A model generated the notes under the pieces. It saw only the letters and a list, made by a program, of their open reading frames with translations. It was not told where the DNA came from and searched no databases. 64,000 nucleotides of DNA from a virus, in IMG/VR virus record IMGVR_UViG_3300019142_000010, positions 1-64,000 of that record; one strand, given 5' to 3'. Made by a program: the position numbers and the translations under genes. This document shows positions 62,452 to 64,000 of the stretch, one piece after another. The first letter of the stretch is position 1. Each line of letters begins with the position of its first letter.

Positions 62452-63581
62452 TGGGACTCAAAAAGGAAATCCTGGAGAAGAACGTCATGGAGCTTGCGCG
62501 CGAGCGGTTCGCGCGCTCGTTTGACGAGTACGACGACGTGGCCGTGTCTTTCAGCGGCGGCAAGGATTCGACCGTCTGTTTGAACCTGGCGCTGGCGGAA
62601 GCTCGCCGGCGCGGTCGCCGTCTGACGGTCTTTTGCTTCGACGAGGAAGCGCTGCACCCGCCGACCGTGGAATACCTGGAGCGCGTGGCCAGCCTGCCCG
62701 ACGTTGATTTCCGCTGGTACTGCATTCCGGTCGAACACCGGAACGCCTGCTCACCCAAGAAACCTTACTGGCATCCGTGGGCGCCGGAGGATCGCGCGCT
62801 GTGGGTGCGCGAGTTGCCGCCGGGCGCGATCACGGAGTTGCCCGGCCACCGGCGCGAGCCGATTTCCGGTTCGATGGCCTACTGCTTTCCGAACGAGGGG
62901 CGCACCATCGGACTCATTCTCGGCATTCGCGCCGATGAATCTCTGCGCCGCTACATGAGCGTGACGCACGCGGTCGAAGACAACTGGATCAGCGTGGACT
63001 CGCACGCGCCCTGGATGGCGAAATTAAAACCTATCTTCGACTGGACGGCCGACGATGTGTGGACGGCCACACAGCGCGAGGGATGGGACTATAACCGCAC
63101 CTATGACTTGATGGCGCGCGTCGGCATGCGCTACGTCGATCAGCGCGTGTGTCCGCCGTTCGGGGAAGAGCCGTTGGCCAACCTCTGGATATATCAGCAG
63201 TGCTGGCCGGAGATGTGGGAGCGGATGACCCGGAGAGTGCCGGGCGCGCGGACGGCGGCCAAGTATTCGCGCTCGCCGCTCTACGGTTACGGCGGCGTCC
63301 CGAAAGACCCCTCGAAGTCCTGGCAGGAGATGATTGCCGAACGCCTGGCGCGCTGGCCGGAACCCTACCGCACGGCCATCGCCAACCGGCTCCGCGGCGA
63401 GATTGAGCGCCATTTCGACAAGAACCCGGATGAGCCGATTGTTGACCGCAGAACCGACAACCCCGACGGCGGGCTGTCGTGGGAGTTCCTTTACATGGTC
63501 GCGCTGCGCGGCGATTTGAAGGGACGCAAGAAAGTCTTTTTCAAGAGCACCGAGAAGTTCCTCGCGAACAAAAAGAAATGA
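62451..63581 (+). CDS. IbrA-like PAPS-reductase/PP-loop protein, paralog 2
   Basis: The ATG at 62451 forms a TAATG junction. It is collinear with paralog 1 (SFSGGKDSTVCL, FDEEALHPPTVEY, YWHPWAPED, CPPFGEEPL, ARTAAKYSRSPLYG). Confidence 0.75.
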   Translation: MGLKKEILEKNVMELARERFARSFDEYDDVAVSFSGGKDSTVCLNLALAEARRRGRRLTVFCFDEEALHPPTVEYLERVASLPDVDFRWYCIPVEHRNACSPKKPYWHPWAPEDRALWVRELPPGAITELPGHRREPISGSMAYCFPNEGRTIGLILGIRADESLRRYMSVTHAVEDNWISVDSHAPWMAKLKPIFDWTADDVWTATQREGWDYNRTYDLMARVGMRYVDQRVCPPFGEEPLANLWIYQQCWPEMWERMTRRVPGARTAAKYSRSPLYGYGGVPKDPSKSWQEMIAERLARWPEPYRTAIANRLRGEIERHFDKNPDEPIVDRRTDNPDGGLSWEFLYMVALRGDLKGRKKVFFKSTEKFLANKKK

Positions 63582-64000
63582 ATTCCTCACTAATCAACCA
63601 GCACCCGATTTCGCAAGTTTACTGGGTCGATCCGGAGCGCGTCCGGGCCAACGACTACAACCCGAATCACGTCTTCGACGCGGAGATGGAGTTGTTAGAA
63701 CTCTCTTTGCTCGAAGACGGTTTCACCCAGCCGGCCGTGATTCGCCTCGACGAAGGGCTGACGCCGCCGCCGACGATGAAGGAAGCCTACCGGCTGGCCA
63801 TGATGGACGAGTTCGCGCAGGAGGGCGCTTTCGAGCCGTCGCTGGCGCACGTCTGGTGCGAGCGCGTGGCCGACCGTGCAGTGCGCATCATCATGGAAGC
63901 GTCATGTGTGATCACCGGCGAGATCGTGGACGGCTACCATCGTCGCACGCTCGCGCTCAAATCCGAGAAGGTACGCGCCAAGACGGGCGGCCTGCTCCCC
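63578..64000 (+). CDS. IbrB/ParB-like N-terminal domain protein (3' end beyond window)
   Basis: My own translation from ATG 63578 (ATGA overlap) gives MNSSLINQHPISQVYWVDPERVRANDYNPNHV..LELSLLEDGFTQPAVI..GEIVDGYHRR. This is the ParB-type DGxHR motif. Confidence 0.7.
   Translation, partial: MNSSLINQHPISQVYWVDPERVRANDYNPNHVFDAEMELLELSLLEDGFTQPAVIRLDEGLTPPPTMKEAYRLAMMDEFAQEGAFEPSLAHVWCERVADRAVRIIMEASCVITGEIVDGYHRRTLALKSEKVRAKTGGLLP

Noticed and set aside
59840-63581. Reading the three PAPS-reductase-family genes as ordinary sulfate-assimilation CysH or auxiliary metabolic genes.
   Set aside because: There are three copies in a phage, linked to ParB-like genes and an amidotransferase. No C-terminal ECGLH-type redox motif was seen, and two copies carry the long IbrA-type extension. 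The context fits nucleic-acid-directed PP-loop enzymes better.

Overview
By eye this is a high-GC segment (roughly 60-65 percent) of a tailed, siphovirus-like phage or prophage, organised as three transcriptional blocks. No tool was run; all family names are motif or architecture recognition from memory and need HHpred, Foldseek or BLAST confirmation.

Block 1 (1-28674, + strand) is the late structural operon: large terminase (5' truncated), portal, Mu-F-like head morphogenesis protein, scaffold, major capsid plus terminator, head-tail joining genes, candidate major tail protein, an 1804-aa tape measure, a gpL/BR0599-like distal tail protein and a 2361-aa FN3-rich host-specificity protein.

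Block 2 (28652-46740, - strand) is an early/accessory block of about 35 mostly small genes, many of them Cys-rich.
- It is split into operons by four near-identical extended -10 promoters (TTGACn-16-TATAnT), each with a conserved, partly palindromic spacer.
- It encodes an XRE-type HTH regulator, an EVE/PUA-like protein, a HerA/FtsK-like ATPase, a GIY-YIG-like nuclease and a 1243-aa polyvalent-type protein ending in an N6-adenine methyltransferase (NPPF).

Block 3 (47434-64000, + strand) follows a 700-bp divergent switch region.
- It starts with a replication-initiator-like gene that carries a 43-bp perfect palindrome, iteron-like repeats and 7 GATC sites (candidate ori).
- It then encodes an HD-GYP phosphodiesterase, a VRR-NUC nuclease, a hairpin-bounded cassette of unknowns and an M74/LAS-type endolysin with holin-like genes.
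- It ends in a candidate DNA-modification island: a ParB-like protein plus cupin, then three PP-loop (PAPS-reductase/IbrA-like, SGGKDS) enzymes, an antisense stand-alone class-II glutamine amidotransferase (MCGIFG) and an IbrB/ParB-like gene that runs off the window.

The most interesting candidate for an undescribed system is this PP-loop + amidotransferase + ParB island (59840-64000). Its logic resembles a split AsnB or GuaA acting on DNA. No tRNA, rRNA, CRISPR array, integrase or reverse transcriptase was recognised.
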